Of a stretch of 64,000 nt of DNA, positions 45,957 through 56,055 are shown piece by piece. A model generated the notes under the pieces. That model did not search any database, was not told the origin of the DNA, and saw nothing but the letters and a program-made list of their open reading frames with translations. Origin of the DNA: an uncultured Spirochaetales bacterium (GTDB lineage: Bacteria; Myxococcota_A; UBA9160; UBA6930). How positions within the stretch are numbered: position 1 is the first letter of the stretch; the number at the start of each line of letters is the position of its first letter. The position numbers and the translations under genes were made by a program. Location of the stretch: assembly GCA_964615365.1 (NCBI GenBank), contig CAZTOU010000011.1:29671-93670 (forward strand), given 5' to 3'.

Positions 45957-48047
45957 ATGACCAGTGACCTTGAGAAGATTCGCAACCTCGGCATCAGCGC
46001 CCACATCGATTCGGGCAAGACCACCCTCACCGAGCGGATCCTCTTCTACACCAATCGGATTCACAGGATTCACGAGGTGAAGGGGAAGGACGGCGCTGGC
46101 GCCACCATGGATCACATGGAGCTGGAGCGGGAGAGGGGCATCACCATCACCTCCGCCGCGACCCACGCCGAGTGGAGTGGCCATCACGTCAACCTGATCG
46201 ATACACCGGGACACGTGGACTTCACCGTGGAGGTGGAGCGCTCCCTGCGCGTGCTCGACGGCGCGATCCTGGTGCTCTGCGGGGTGGCGGGGGTGCAGTC
46301 CCAGTCGATCACCGTGGATCGCCAGATGAGGCGCTACCGGGTTCCGCGACTGGCACTGATCAACAAGCTCGATCGCTCCGGCGCCAACCCGCGCAGGGTG
46401 ATCGAAGGGCTGCGTGAGAAGCTGGGTCACAACGCGGTGGCGATGCAGATCCCCATCGGGCTCGAAGCGGATCACTCCGGCGTGGTGGATCTGGTCACCA
46501 TGAAGGCGGTGCGCTTCGAGGGCGCAAATGGGGAGCACGTCGTCGAGGAGGAGATCCCCGAGGAGTTGCAGAACGAGGCCGAGGCGGCTCGAGAGGAGAT
46601 GCTCGATGCGGTCTCGATGTTCTCCGACGGGCTCACCGAGGCGATTCTCGACGAGAGGGTCACCGAGGAGCTGATCCATCAGGCGGTTCGCGCCGGCGTC
46701 CTCAGCCTGGAGCTGACGCCGGTCTTCATGGGTGCCGCCTACAAGAACAAGGGCGTGCAGAAGCTCCTCGACGCCGTCACGCTCTATCTCCCCAGTCCGG
46801 TCGACGTCGAGAACTCGGGCATCGATCTCTCCGCCGGCGGGGAGCCGATCACGCTCTCCACCGACTGCCAGAAGCCCCTGGTCTGCCTGGCCTTCAAGCT
46901 CGAGGACGGGCGTTACGGACAGCTCACCTACGTTCGCATCTACCAGGGCTCCCTGGCCCGGGGATCCAACATCTTCAACAGCCGCACCAAGAGGCGCCAC
47001 AAGGTGGGCCGCCTGGTGCGGATGCACGCCGACGAGATGGAGGAGATCGAGGCGGCCGGGGCCGGTGACATCGTCGCCCTGTTCGGGATCGACTGCGCCT
47101 CGGGCGATACCTTCACCGACAGCTCCGTGGATGTGGCGATGACCGCCATGCACGTGCCGGAGCCGGTGATCTCCCTCTCCATCAAGCCCGTGGATAACAA
47201 GGTCGAGGCCAACATGGCCAAGGCGCTGGGGCGCTTCGTTCGGGAGGATCCGACCTTCCGGGCCGGCGTGGACGAGGAGAGCGGCGAGACGGTGATCTCG
47301 GGGATGGGCGAGCTGCATCTCGACGTCTACGTCGAGCGGATGCGCCGGGAGTACCGGGTCGAGGTGGAGACGGGCGCACCCCAGGTGGCCTACCGCGAGG
47401 CCATCTCCCAGCGAGCCGACTTCGACTACGTCCACAAGAAGCAGACCGGCGGCGCGGGTCAGTTCGGACGTGTGGCCGGTTACATCGAGCCGATCATCGA
47501 CGGGGAAGCCTTCGAATTCGTGAACGAGGTTCGAGGGGGCGCGATCCCGACCGAGTACATCATCTCGGTGGAGAAGGGCTTCCGGCAGATGCTCGCGAAG
47601 GGCCGGCTGATCGGATTCCCCGTGATTGGGATGCGGGTCTGTCTGAACGACGGGCAGGCACACTCGGTGGACTCGTCCGACATGGCCTTTCAGGCGGCGG
47701 CGCGAGGCGCCTTCCGCGAGGTCTACGGCAAGGCCCGGCCCATCATTCTCGAGCCGGTGATGAAACTGGCGGTGGAGAGTCCGGGTGAGTTCCAGGGCAG
47801 CGTGCTGAAGACGGTCATGCAGCGCCGTGGTACGGTGATCGGGACCACCGAGGAGGATCTGTTCTGCCGGATCGAGGCCGAGGTTCCGCTCGCGGAGCTC
47901 TTCGGCTATGCCACGAATCTCCGCTCGGTGACCCAGGGAAAGGCGGAGTTCACCGTCGAGTTCGCCAGGTACGCGCCGGTACCCGCCGATCTTTCCAGGG
48001 GCCTGATCGAGGAATTCGCGGAGCGCCGCAAGGGCGCCGACGCTTGA
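45957..48047 (+). CDS. Elongation factor G paralogue (not in an rpsL-rpsG-fusA context)
   Basis: ATG at 45957. 696 aa with G1-G4 motifs ([21 protein letters not shown]) and domains II-V. The N-terminus has [22 protein letters not shown], typical of the second EF-G class. Confidence 0.9.
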   Translation: MTSDLEKIRNLGISAHIDSGKTTLTERILFYTNRIHRIHEVKGKDGAGATMDHMELERERGITITSAATHAEWSGHHVNLIDTPGHVDFTVEVERSLRVLDGAILVLCGVAGVQSQSITVDRQMRRYRVPRLALINKLDRSGANPRRVIEGLREKLGHNAVAMQIPIGLEADHSGVVDLVTMKAVRFEGANGEHVVEEEIPEELQNEAEAAREEMLDAVSMFSDGLTEAILDERVTEELIHQAVRAGVLSLELTPVFMGAAYKNKGVQKLLDAVTLYLPSPVDVENSGIDLSAGGEPITLSTDCQKPLVCLAFKLEDGRYGQLTYVRIYQGSLARGSNIFNSRTKRRHKVGRLVRMHADEMEEIEAAGAGDIVALFGIDCASGDTFTDSSVDVAMTAMHVPEPVISLSIKPVDNKVEANMAKALGRFVREDPTFRAGVDEESGETVISGMGELHLDVYVERMRREYRVEVETGAPQVAYREAISQRADFDYVHKKQTGGAGQFGRVAGYIEPIIDGEAFEFVNEVRGGAIPTEYIISVEKGFRQMLAKGRLIGFPVIGMRVCLNDGQAHSVDSSDMAFQAAARGAFREVYGKARPIILEPVMKLAVESPGEFQGSVLKTVMQRRGTVIGTTEEDLFCRIEAEVPLAELFGYATNLRSVTQGKAEFTVEFARYAPVPADLSRGLIEEFAERRKGADA

Positions 48048-48069
48048 TCTCTACAGGGCGAGGAGACTG

Positions 48070-48759
48070 ATGTACCAAAAATTCCTCTCGGCTCGAAGCC
48101 CGCTTCGGCTGCTCGAGCGGGGACTGCACGGCGGACTCGGAAGGGGCAACGTCGGATTGGTGCTGGCCGGACCCGGCGTGGGCAAGACCTCGTTTCTGGT
48201 CGGCGTGGCTCTGGACGACCTGCTGCGCGGGGACCACGTCCTGCACGTGGCCCTCGATCAATCGGTCTCACACACCCGCGCCTACTACGACACCGTCTTC
48301 CACGAGCTCGCCCACTCGACCCATCTCGAGGACGAGGCGCGGATCCACGCCGACATCAATCGGCTTCGCAGCATCCGCTCCTACGCGGCACCGGGGTTCG
48401 GCCCGGGAAAGCTTCGCGAGGCGGTGAAGTTCGAGGAGGAGGCCGGGATCCGGCCGGGGCTGGTGGTCGTCGAAGGCTACGACATCGGCGCCGCATCCGG
48501 GCAGGAGATGCGCGACATGAAGGCCCTGGCCGGTGAGATCGACGCGGAGCTCTGGTTCTCGGTCGCCTGTACGGACGAGCAGGTGCCGGGGATGCCGGCG
48601 TGGATCGCGGAGCTGGGAGACGCCATCAGCGTGGTGCTGGCCATGGAGCCGGAGACGGAGGCCGTGGCGTTGCGCGCGCTGAAGGAGCACGACAATCCGG
48701 ACGTCGAGGCGCTCCGAGTGGCGCTCGATCCCAAGACCCTCCTGCTGGTCCGAAGCTAG
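48070..48759 (+). CDS. KaiC/RecA-superfamily single-domain P-loop ATPase-like protein
   Basis: 229 aa. Walker A is GPGVGKTS; the Walker B-like strand is GLVVVEGYD. The SD gaggaga lies 5 nt before the ATG, 22 nt after the EF-G stop. Confidence 0.55.
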   Translation: MYQKFLSARSPLRLLERGLHGGLGRGNVGLVLAGPGVGKTSFLVGVALDDLLRGDHVLHVALDQSVSHTRAYYDTVFHELAHSTHLEDEARIHADINRLRSIRSYAAPGFGPGKLREAVKFEEEAGIRPGLVVVEGYDIGAASGQEMRDMKALAGEIDAELWFSVACTDEQVPGMPAWIAELGDAISVVLAMEPETEAVALRALKEHDNPDVEALRVALDPKTLLLVRS

Positions 48760-48822
48760 GCCCTCCACGATCTCCTAACTAACTAAGTTTCAAAGAGTAT
48801 TCCCCAGGGTGTGGGGAGCTTG

Positions 48823-48860
48823 TTGACAGTGAGAGTGATTACTCTTAGAGTAATCACATG
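48823..48860 (+). promoter_or_regulatory. Putative promoter/operator of the merR-men operon; probably leaderless
   Basis: TTGACA (48823-48828), a 17-bp spacer, then TAGAGT (48846-48851). A perfect inverted repeat TGATTACTC-tta-GAGTAATCA (48836-48856) is centred on the -10 element. The ATG at 48858 is 7 nt after the -10, with no SD. Confidence 0.55.
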
Positions 48861-49607
48861 GATTATCGTGTCGAGGAGATCGCCGCCCGGGCCGGGGTGC
48901 GAGTGGACACCATCCGCTTCTACCAGTTCCGGGGCCTGCTTCCCCGTCCACGCCGCGTGGGGCGCGTCGCGCTCTATGACGACGCCCATCTGGAGCGGCT
49001 CCGCCGCATCCGAGAGCTGGTCGACCAGGGCTTCACCCTCGCCCAGATCAAGCGCCTCCTCGAGCAGGAGAGCGAGGCCGAGGACCGGCACCTCCTCGAC
49101 GCCCTGGTCGAGGAGCACGTCGGCGAGCGGACCTTGTCCCGGGGCGAGCTCGCCGCCGAGGCCGGGATTCCCGAGGCCCTGATCGGAGCCGCCGAGGCCT
49201 CTGGCCTGATCCATCCCCTCCGGATCCAGGGCGAAGAGCGCTTCAGCGCTGCGGATCGGGACATGGCCCGCTCCGCGCTTCGCATCCTCGAGGCGGGCTT
49301 TCCCCTGAACGAGCTGCTCGCCCTGGCGGTGCAGCACACCCAGTCGGTCCAGGAGATCTCCGAGCGGGCCATCGACCTCTTCGACGATCACGTGAGAAAG
49401 AAGGCGGTCCAGCGGGAAGACGCCGACCAGGTCACCGAGGCCTTCCGGGATCTGCTCCCCGAGCTCACTCGCCTGGTTGCGCTGCACTTCCAGCGGACCT
49501 TGGTCAGTCGCGCCCTGCAACGACTCGCCCACCGCGGAGAGGAGGACGAGCTGCGCGCTGCGCTCGTGGCGACCGAGTCCTCCAGCCTGGAGATCGCGTG
49601 GCGCTGA
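48858..49607 (+). CDS. MerR-family transcriptional regulator (HTH plus ~170-aa helical effector domain)
   Basis: MDYRVEEIAARAGVRVDTIRFYQFRGLLP....G....Y...HLERLRRIRELVDQGFTLAQIKRLL is a canonical MerR N-terminus. The gene overlaps the ubiE start by 10 nt. Confidence 0.88.
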   Translation: MDYRVEEIAARAGVRVDTIRFYQFRGLLPRPRRVGRVALYDDAHLERLRRIRELVDQGFTLAQIKRLLEQESEAEDRHLLDALVEEHVGERTLSRGELAAEAGIPEALIGAAEASGLIHPLRIQGEERFSAADRDMARSALRILEAGFPLNELLALAVQHTQSVQEISERAIDLFDDHVRKKAVQREDADQVTEAFRDLLPELTRLVALHFQRTLVSRALQRLAHRGEEDELRAALVATESSSLEIAWR

Positions 49608-50347
49608 CGCCGCAGCCGAACGAGGGCGAGCCTCCGCGGAGGCTCGATCTGCCCCGGGGCGAGGAGAAGCGCTCCCAGGTGCGGGCGATGTTCGATCGCA
49701 TCGCCCCCCGCTACGACGCCATGAACCGCCTGCTGACGGCGGGACTGGACCAGCGATGGCGCCGGGCGGCGCTCGACGCGGTGGGGACCGGGTCCGGGGA
49801 TCGGGTCCTGGATCTGGCCTGCGGCACCGGTGACCTCGCCGAGCTCGCGGCGGCGCGCGGTGCGAAGGTGGTTGGCGTCGACTTCGCGGGTGAGATGCTG
49901 CGCGGTGCCAGGCGCCGCCGGGTCCCCGCCCTGTGGATCCAGGGCGACGCCGCCGCGCTTCCGCTCCCCGACGGCTGCGCCACCGTGGTGACCAGCGGCT
50001 TCGCGCTGCGCAACTTCGTCTCGCTTCCCGAGGTGCTGGGCGAGATGGCGAGAGTTCTCGAGGTCAAGGGTCGCCTCGCGCTGATCGAGGTCGATCGGCC
50101 CACCCTCGCGGTAGTGCGGGCCGCGCACTCCTTCTATTTCGATCGCGTGGTTCCCCGGGTGGGAGGCTGGCTCTCGGATCGCGCCGCCTACCGCTACCTG
50201 CCCAGCTCCACGGTCTACCTCCCGCCGGAGGCGGAGCTGGCCGCGCTGATCGAGGACGCGGGCTTTCGGGAGGTTCGGCGCCGCCCGCTGCTCCTCGGCA
50301 CCGCCCAGATCCTCACCGCCGTCCGCACCGACCGGAGAGCGACGTGA
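49598..50347 (+). CDS. ubiE: Demethylmenaquinone methyltransferase (UbiE/MenG)
   Basis: VRAMFDRIAPRYDAMNRLLT.GLD..WRR, the SAM motif VLDLACGTGDL, and GFALRNF. Confidence 0.9.
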   Translation: MALTPQPNEGEPPRRLDLPRGEEKRSQVRAMFDRIAPRYDAMNRLLTAGLDQRWRRAALDAVGTGSGDRVLDLACGTGDLAELAAARGAKVVGVDFAGEMLRGARRRRVPALWIQGDAAALPLPDGCATVVTSGFALRNFVSLPEVLGEMARVLEVKGRLALIEVDRPTLAVVRAAHSFYFDRVVPRVGGWLSDRAAYRYLPSSTVYLPPEAELAALIEDAGFREVRRRPLLLGTAQILTAVRTDRRAT

Positions 50348-51648
50348 CCGATCTCCACGTGCGGCGAGCTCTGACGCCTCCGAGAGACCTCCTGGAGATC
50401 TTCGCCGGATCCGGCCATCGGGAGCGCTTCTACTGGGAGAGACCCGACTGCGAGGAGGCGATCCTCGCCCTCGGAGCCGCCGCCGAGATCGAGAGCGGTG
50501 GCCCGTCGCGCTTCGACGAGGTCGCGCGCGGCCTCCGGGAGATCCGGGTGCTGCCTCGCGAGAAGGGCGATGCGCCCTCCTGGGCGGGGCCGCTCCTGGT
50601 GGGAGGATTCGCATTCGACCCGCTCGCTTCTCCCTCGGAGCGATGGGCCGGCTTTCCCGCCGCTCGGCTGGTACTTCCGGAGCGGCTCGCGATCCGCCGG
50701 GGACCGGAGATGTGGTGCTGCCTCACCGGTGTCGGATCGGCTCCCACTGGCGGGTGGGAGCTCGCCTCGGAGCGGCGTCCGCCTTCCCGCGAGGCGCTGG
50801 CTCTCGAGTCCCCGCCCGAGTTCCGCGCTTCTGCAGACCGTCCCCACGGTGTCTACCGGGGCCTGGTGGAGAAGGCCGTGGCGGCGATTCGCGGGGGCGA
50901 TTTCGAGAAGGTCGTCCTCGCCCGCTCCTGCACGGTGGTCGGATCCCGCCCCTTCGAGACCCTCGCGCTGCTCCGCAACCTGCGCGCGCTCCACCCCTCG
51001 TGCACGATCTTCGCGCTGGCGCGCGGACCGGTGACCTTCCTCGGAGCGACTCCCGAACGCTTGGTCCGCCTCGAAGGCGGCCTCGTGCGCGCCGACGCGG
51101 TGGCGGGATCCGCGCCGCGCGGGCGGACGGCGCGGCAGGATGATCGCTTCGCTCGCGAGCTGGTCGAGAGCAAGAAGGACCAGGAAGAGCACTCGGTGGT
51201 GGTGCGCTGCGTTCTCACGGGGCTGGCTCGGCACTGCGAGGCGCTCTCGGCCCCGGAGGCTCCGGGGCTGCTGCGGACCGACGGAATCCAGCATCTCCAT
51301 ACGCCCGTCGAGGGACGGCTCCGAGACCCGTCGCGCACCACGGTGCTCGACCTGGCCGCGGAGCTCCACCCGACCGCCGCGGTGGGAGGAGCGCCGCGGG
51401 AGGAGGCGCTCGCCTGGCTGCGGAGCCACGAAGGGCTGGAGCGCGGCTGGTACGCGGGTCCGCTCGGCTGGCTCACGCCGGAGGGGGAGGGGGAGTTCAC
51501 CGTGGCGCTGCGCTCGCTGCTCCTCCGCGGCGCGGAAGCGACCCTCTACGCCGGCGCCGGAATCGTGGCCGGATCCGATCCGGAGGCGGAGCTGGTCGAG
51601 ACCCGGCTCAAGCTGCGCACCGCGCTCGGCGCCCTGCTGGAGATCTGA
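50344..51648 (+). CDS. menF: Isochorismate synthase
   Basis: GTG at 50344 overlapping the ubiE stop (GTGA). Chorismate-binding-enzyme C-terminal motifs are present (LHPT.AVGG.PR..A...........RG.YAGP.GW......GEF.VALRS, GAGIV..SDPE.E..ET..K). Confidence 0.88.
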   Translation: MTDLHVRRALTPPRDLLEIFAGSGHRERFYWERPDCEEAILALGAAAEIESGGPSRFDEVARGLREIRVLPREKGDAPSWAGPLLVGGFAFDPLASPSERWAGFPAARLVLPERLAIRRGPEMWCCLTGVGSAPTGGWELASERRPPSREALALESPPEFRASADRPHGVYRGLVEKAVAAIRGGDFEKVVLARSCTVVGSRPFETLALLRNLRALHPSCTIFALARGPVTFLGATPERLVRLEGGLVRADAVAGSAPRGRTARQDDRFARELVESKKDQEEHSVVVRCVLTGLARHCEALSAPEAPGLLRTDGIQHLHTPVEGRLRDPSRTTVLDLAAELHPTAAVGGAPREEALAWLRSHEGLERGWYAGPLGWLTPEGEGEFTVALRSLLLRGAEATLYAGAGIVAGSDPEAELVETRLKLRTALGALLEI

Positions 51649-51650
51649 GG

Positions 51651-53483
51651 GTGGAGGCCTCCGCCCCGCAGACGAAGTTCCCCGCGGCGAACCGCAACTA
51701 CGCCTTCGCCGCCGCCCTCTTCGAGGAGCTCGCCGCGAGCGGGGTCCGCCACGTCTGCGTCTGCCCCGGCTCACGCTCGGCTCCCCTGGCGGTCAGCGCA
51801 TCGCGCTCGGAAGACCTGCGCGTCTGGGTTCACCTCGACGAGAGAGCCGCGTCGTTCTTCGCCCTCGGGCTAGCCAGGGCGGAGCGCGCCCCAGTCGCGC
51901 TGGTGTGCACCTCGGGAACCGCGGCCGCGAACTTCCTCCCCGCGGTCGTGGAGGCGTACCAGGGACGGGTTCCCCTACTGGTGCTGACGGCGGATCGCCC
52001 GCCGGAGCTTCGAGGCTGGGGTGCGGCTCAGACCATCGATCAGGTCGGTCTCTTCGGCAGCCACGTTCGCTGGTGGAGCGAGGCATCTCCGCCGCAGGCC
52101 GGCGCCGGGGACCTCTCCCGCGCCCGCACGCTGGCCTGCCGGGCGGTGGCCGTCGCCGGGGGTCCGCCGTCCGGACCGGTCCATCTGAATCTCCCCTTCG
52201 GCGAGCCGCTCGATCCTACCCCCGATCCCGACACCGCCGGAGGCGGGGAGTCCCGCCCGACACGAGGCGCGGCACCGGAGGCTCGCGGATCCCGACCTTA
52301 CGCGAGAAACTGGCGCTCCCTGCCGTCGCCGTCGCCCGAGCTGCTCTCCGACCTGCTCGAGATGGTTCTCTCCGCGCGGCGCGGGGTGATCGCCTGCGGG
52401 CCGGGCGATTCGGATCCCGGCCTCCCGGATGCGGTCGCTCGCCTGGGTCGCGCGCTGGGATGGCCGGTGCTCGCGGAATCGACCTCGCAGGTTCGCTGCG
52501 GTCCCCACACCGACGGGGCGCCGGTGCTGGCCTGCTTCGACGCCTTGCTGCGCGATCGCCGCTTTGCCCTCGCACACCCGCCCGATCTGGTGCTCCGGAT
52601 CGGGGCCCCGCTCACCAGCAAGGCGTTCCAGCAGTGGCTCGACCTGCATCCGGGCGGACGGCTGGTGTTGCTGGATCCCGATCGCACCTGGTCCGATCCC
52701 CAGCATCTCGTCTCCGAGGTGATCGGGGCGGATCCGACCCTTCTCTGCGGCGAGCTCGAAGAGCGGCTGCGTGGCCGGCCGTCGCAGCCTGGCTCTCCCG
52801 ATTGGCTCGGCGAGTGGAGCGCCGCGGAGACGCGAGCGCGTCGGGTCGTCGAGGACAGGATCGAGGCCCCGGGCGGTCTGCTCGCGCCCCAGGTGGTCGC
52901 GGCGCTCGGCGAAGTGCTGCCGGACGGAGCGACTCTCTTCGTCTCCAACAGCATGGCGGTCCGCGACCTGGACGGGTTTCTCCCGGTCTCCACCCGGCGG
53001 CTTCGGGTGCTCGCCAACAAGGGTGCCAACGGCATCGACGGCATCGTCTCCAGCGCTCTGGGGGCGGCGGTCGCGCTCCCGGGGCTGGTCCTGCTGAGCG
53101 GAGATCTCGCCTTTCTGCACGACGTGGGCGGCCTCTTCGCCGCCCATCGGCACGGGATTCGCGCCACCCTGGTGATCGTGAACGACGACGGGGGCGGGAT
53201 CTTCTCGCTCTTGCCGATCGCCGCGCACGGGGAGCGGGTCGACTTCGAGCGACTCTTCACCGTGTCGCACGGGCTGGACCTGGCGGCGATCGCGGGCGCC
53301 TACCGCCTCGAGCACCGGCGGGTCGGGACCGTCGCGGAGCTCCGGGAGGCGGTCCACCACTCGCTCGCGAGCTCCGGCACCCAGGTGATCGAGGTCGCGG
53401 TGGACCGCCGCGAGAATCTCGCCCTGCGCCAGGAGATCCAGCAGGAGATCTGCCGCTCCCTGGAGAACGGGGGGGGCGCATGA
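51651..53483 (+). CDS. menD: SEPHCHC synthase (2-succinyl-5-enolpyruvyl-6-hydroxy-3-cyclohexene-1-carboxylate synthase)
   Basis: 610 aa. ThDP enzyme: N-terminal [23 protein letters not shown]......[11 protein letters not shown], and a C-terminal GDL.F.HD..GL. Confidence 0.9.
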   Translation: MEASAPQTKFPAANRNYAFAAALFEELAASGVRHVCVCPGSRSAPLAVSASRSEDLRVWVHLDERAASFFALGLARAERAPVALVCTSGTAAANFLPAVVEAYQGRVPLLVLTADRPPELRGWGAAQTIDQVGLFGSHVRWWSEASPPQAGAGDLSRARTLACRAVAVAGGPPSGPVHLNLPFGEPLDPTPDPDTAGGGESRPTRGAAPEARGSRPYARNWRSLPSPSPELLSDLLEMVLSARRGVIACGPGDSDPGLPDAVARLGRALGWPVLAESTSQVRCGPHTDGAPVLACFDALLRDRRFALAHPPDLVLRIGAPLTSKAFQQWLDLHPGGRLVLLDPDRTWSDPQHLVSEVIGADPTLLCGELEERLRGRPSQPGSPDWLGEWSAAETRARRVVEDRIEAPGGLLAPQVVAALGEVLPDGATLFVSNSMAVRDLDGFLPVSTRRLRVLANKGANGIDGIVSSALGAAVALPGLVLLSGDLAFLHDVGGLFAAHRHGIRATLVIVNDDGGGIFSLLPIAAHGERVDFERLFTVSHGLDLAAIAGAYRLEHRRVGTVAELREAVHHSLASSGTQVIEVAVDRRENLALRQEIQQEICRSLENGGGA

Positions 53484-55162
53484 GAGCGACGACGCGCCGT
53501 CGCATCGAGGTGCAGCCGGGCCGCTTCCTGCGGGTGGAGGTCGCGGAGCCGCGGCGACGCAGCGGCGATGCGGCGCTGATCCTCCACGGCTTCACCGGTT
53601 CCGCCGAGACGATGCGCGGCGTCGCCGAGGGGCTGGAAGAGGATCGCCGCGCGATCCTGGTCGATCTGGTTGGTCACGGCGGCTCCGATGCGCCCCTCGA
53701 GCCGGATGCCTACCGGATGGGGCGCTGTCTCGAAGACCTGTGCTGCGTGATGGACGCGCTGGGGGAGACCCGGGTCCACCTGATCGGCTACTCGATGGGG
53801 GCCCGGGTGGCACTCTCCTTCGCGGCGGGCCATCCCGAGCGGGCTCGCTCTCTGGTCCTGGTGGGCGCTCGGGCGGGGATCGAGGATCCCGGTGCGCGGC
53901 GCAGCCGGATCGAGGAAGACGAACGGCTGGCCGGGCGCATCCTGGAAGAAGGCATCGAGTGGTTCGTCGCCCACTGGATGTCGCTACCGCTCTTCGCCAG
54001 TCAGGAGCGCCTGGACTCCCGGGCGCTGGCCCGCGCCAGGACCCTTCGGCTCCGCAACCGGGCCGAGGGACTCGCGCACTCCCTCTCCGGCATGGGCGCC
54101 GGAGCCCAGCCGCCGCTCTTCTCGCAGCTCCATCGCGTCACCGCACCGGCGCTCCTGGTGGTCGGGGCGGAGGACGCGCGCTTTCTCGCCATCGCCCGCG
54201 ATCTCGCGCCACGGCTTCCGCGGGCACGACTCGAGATCATCCCCGAGGCCGGGCACGCCGCCCACCTCGAGAACTCACACGCCTTCGACAGCATCGCCCG
54301 GGACTTCCTGCGCGAGGTCGAGGCCCCGACAGGAGAACCGATGAGCGTCATCGACTGGAAGGCCGTTCGAGACTACCGGGACATCCGATACGAGAAGGCG
54401 GACGGAATCGCCAAGATCACCATCAACCGACCGGAGGTGCGCAATGCCTTCCGTCCCCAGACGCTGTTCGAGCTGATCGACGCCTTTGGCCGGGCGCGAG
54501 AGGATCACCAGATCGGCGTGGTGCTCTTCACCGGGGAGGGCCCCGACGCCTTCTGCTCCGGAGGCGACCAGAAGGTACGCGGAGACGCGGGCTACGTGGG
54601 CGACGATGGAGTGCCCCGCCTGAACGCGCTCGACCTGCAGCGGGTGATTCGCACTCTCCCCAAGCCGGTGATCGCGATGGTGGCGGGTTACGCGATCGGG
54701 GGCGGACACGTGCTCCATCTGCTCTGCGATCTCACCATCGCGGCGGAGAACGCTCGCTTCGGCCAGACGGGTCCGCGGGTGGGAAGCTTCGACGCGGGAT
54801 TCGGGGCCTCCTACATGGCGCGGGTGGTAGGGCAGAAGAAGGCTCGGGAGATCTGGTACCTGTGCGATCAGTACGGCGCCGAAGAGGCCCGGGCGATGGG
54901 ACTGGCGAACGCCGTGGTCCCGCTCGAGGAGCTCGAATCCACGGCGGTGCACTGGGCGCGGCGCATCCTCCGACACAGTCCCACCGCGATCCGCTGCCTG
55001 AAGGCGGCCTTCAACGCGGACTGCGACGGGCAGGCGGGGATCCAAGAGCTGGCCGGGCACACCACTCAGCTCTTCTACGGGACCGAGGAAGCTCAGGAAG
55101 GCAGGGACGCTTTCGTCGAGAAGCGCGAGCCCGATTTCACCCGATTTCCATGGCGACCCTAG
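53480..55162 (+). CDS. menH-menB: In-frame fused ORF: SHCHC synthase (MenH, alpha/beta hydrolase) continuous with 1,4-dihydroxy-2-naphthoyl-CoA synthase (MenB)
   Basis: ATG at 53480 (ATGA overlap with the menD stop). The MenH part has LILHGFTGS and the nucleophile elbow GYSMGA. No stop codon occurs before the MenB domain; the junction reads ...[22 protein letters not shown]... Confidence 0.8.
   Translation: MRATTRRRIEVQPGRFLRVEVAEPRRRSGDAALILHGFTGSAETMRGVAEGLEEDRRAILVDLVGHGGSDAPLEPDAYRMGRCLEDLCCVMDALGETRVHLIGYSMGARVALSFAAGHPERARSLVLVGARAGIEDPGARRSRIEEDERLAGRILEEGIEWFVAHWMSLPLFASQERLDSRALARARTLRLRNRAEGLAHSLSGMGAGAQPPLFSQLHRVTAPALLVVGAEDARFLAIARDLAPRLPRARLEIIPEAGHAAHLENSHAFDSIARDFLREVEAPTGEPMSVIDWKAVRDYRDIRYEKADGIAKITINRPEVRNAFRPQTLFELIDAFGRAREDHQIGVVLFTGEGPDAFCSGGDQKVRGDAGYVGDDGVPRLNALDLQRVIRTLPKPVIAMVAGYAIGGGHVLHLLCDLTIAAENARFGQTGPRVGSFDAGFGASYMARVVGQKKAREIWYLCDQYGAEEARAMGLANAVVPLEELESTAVHWARRILRHSPTAIRCLKAAFNADCDGQAGIQELAGHTTQLFYGTEEAQEGRDAFVEKREPDFTRFPWRP
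54341..55162 (+). CDS. menB: 1,4-dihydroxy-2-naphthoyl-CoA synthase (possible independent initiation inside the fused frame)
   Basis: ATG at 54341 preceded by aggaga 5 nt upstream. Crotonase motifs are present ([41 protein letters not shown]). Confidence 0.85.
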   Translation: MSVIDWKAVRDYRDIRYEKADGIAKITINRPEVRNAFRPQTLFELIDAFGRAREDHQIGVVLFTGEGPDAFCSGGDQKVRGDAGYVGDDGVPRLNALDLQRVIRTLPKPVIAMVAGYAIGGGHVLHLLCDLTIAAENARFGQTGPRVGSFDAGFGASYMARVVGQKKAREIWYLCDQYGAEEARAMGLANAVVPLEELESTAVHWARRILRHSPTAIRCLKAAFNADCDGQAGIQELAGHTTQLFYGTEEAQEGRDAFVEKREPDFTRFPWRP

Positions 55163-56055
55163 ATTCAACGAGACCCGTTCCGGGGGGCGCGGGCGCGTGG
55201 CTTCTCGCCGCGCGCCCGAGAACGCTCCTGGCTGCGCTCTCTCCCGTCGCGGTGGGGACGGCGGTGGCGGCCGCAGAGGGGGAGGCGCGCGCGCTTCCCG
55301 CGCTCGCGGCCCTCACCGCGGCGCTGCTGATCCAGATCGGGACCAACTTCGCGAACGACGCCGAAGACTTCGAGCGGGGTGCCGACACCGGCGAGCGGGC
55401 CGGTCCGCTGCGCGCCGCCCAGGCGGGTCTGCTCTCGACGACTGCACTTCGCGCCGCCACCTTCGCCGCGTTCGCAGCGGCCGCACTGATCGGGCTCTAT
55501 CTGATCGCGCGCGGTGGCTGGCCGATCGCCATCCTCGGCCTGCTCGCCCTGCTGGCCGGCTACGCCTACACCGGCGGCCCGGTTCCCCTCGGCTACCGCG
55601 GCCTCGGGGATCCCCTCGTGTTCCTGTTCTTCGGGGTCTTCGCGGTCTGGGGCACTCACCGCGTCCAGACCCTCGGGCCGTCGGACCTCGCCCTCGCCGC
55701 ATCGGTACCGATCGGACTTCTGGCGACGGCGCTGATCGCCGTCAACAATCTGCGCGACATCGACACCGACCGCGGCGCCGGCAAGCGGACCCTGGCGGTG
55801 CGGCTCGGTCCGAGCGGGGCCCGCTGGTACTACGCGCTGCTACTGGCCGGGAGCTACGCGGCGCTGCCCGTTCTCCGGTGGCTCGGCGCGCCGGCCGCGG
55901 CCGCGCTGCTTCCCCTGTTGACGATCCCCCTGGCGTGGCGTCTCTGGCAGAAGGCCCGGACGCAGGAGGGTGCTGCACTCAATCAGGTCCTGGCGGGAAC
56001 GGCGCGTCTCGAGCTGTTCTTCGCCGCGGCGATGTCCGTCGGCCTGGTCCTGTGA
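55150..56055 (+). CDS. menA: 1,4-dihydroxy-2-naphthoate polyprenyltransferase
   Basis: 301-aa UbiA-family multi-TM protein with the Asp-rich motifs [12 protein letters not shown] and NNLRDIDTD. It overlaps the menB end by 13 nt. Confidence 0.88.
   Translation: MATLDSTRPVPGGAGAWLLAARPRTLLAALSPVAVGTAVAAAEGEARALPALAALTAALLIQIGTNFANDAEDFERGADTGERAGPLRAAQAGLLSTTALRAATFAAFAAAALIGLYLIARGGWPIAILGLLALLAGYAYTGGPVPLGYRGLGDPLVFLFFGVFAVWGTHRVQTLGPSDLALAASVPIGLLATALIAVNNLRDIDTDRGAGKRTLAVRLGPSGARWYYALLLAGSYAALPVLRWLGAPAAAALLPLLTIPLAWRLWQKARTQEGAALNQVLAGTARLELFFAAAMSVGLVL

Noticed and set aside
51140-53479. The upstream 780 codons of the 1340-aa ORF 51140-55162
   Set aside because: Only the part from 53480 (MenH-MenB) shows protein-family signal. 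The upstream part overlaps menF and menD, which are convincingly encoded in other frames.
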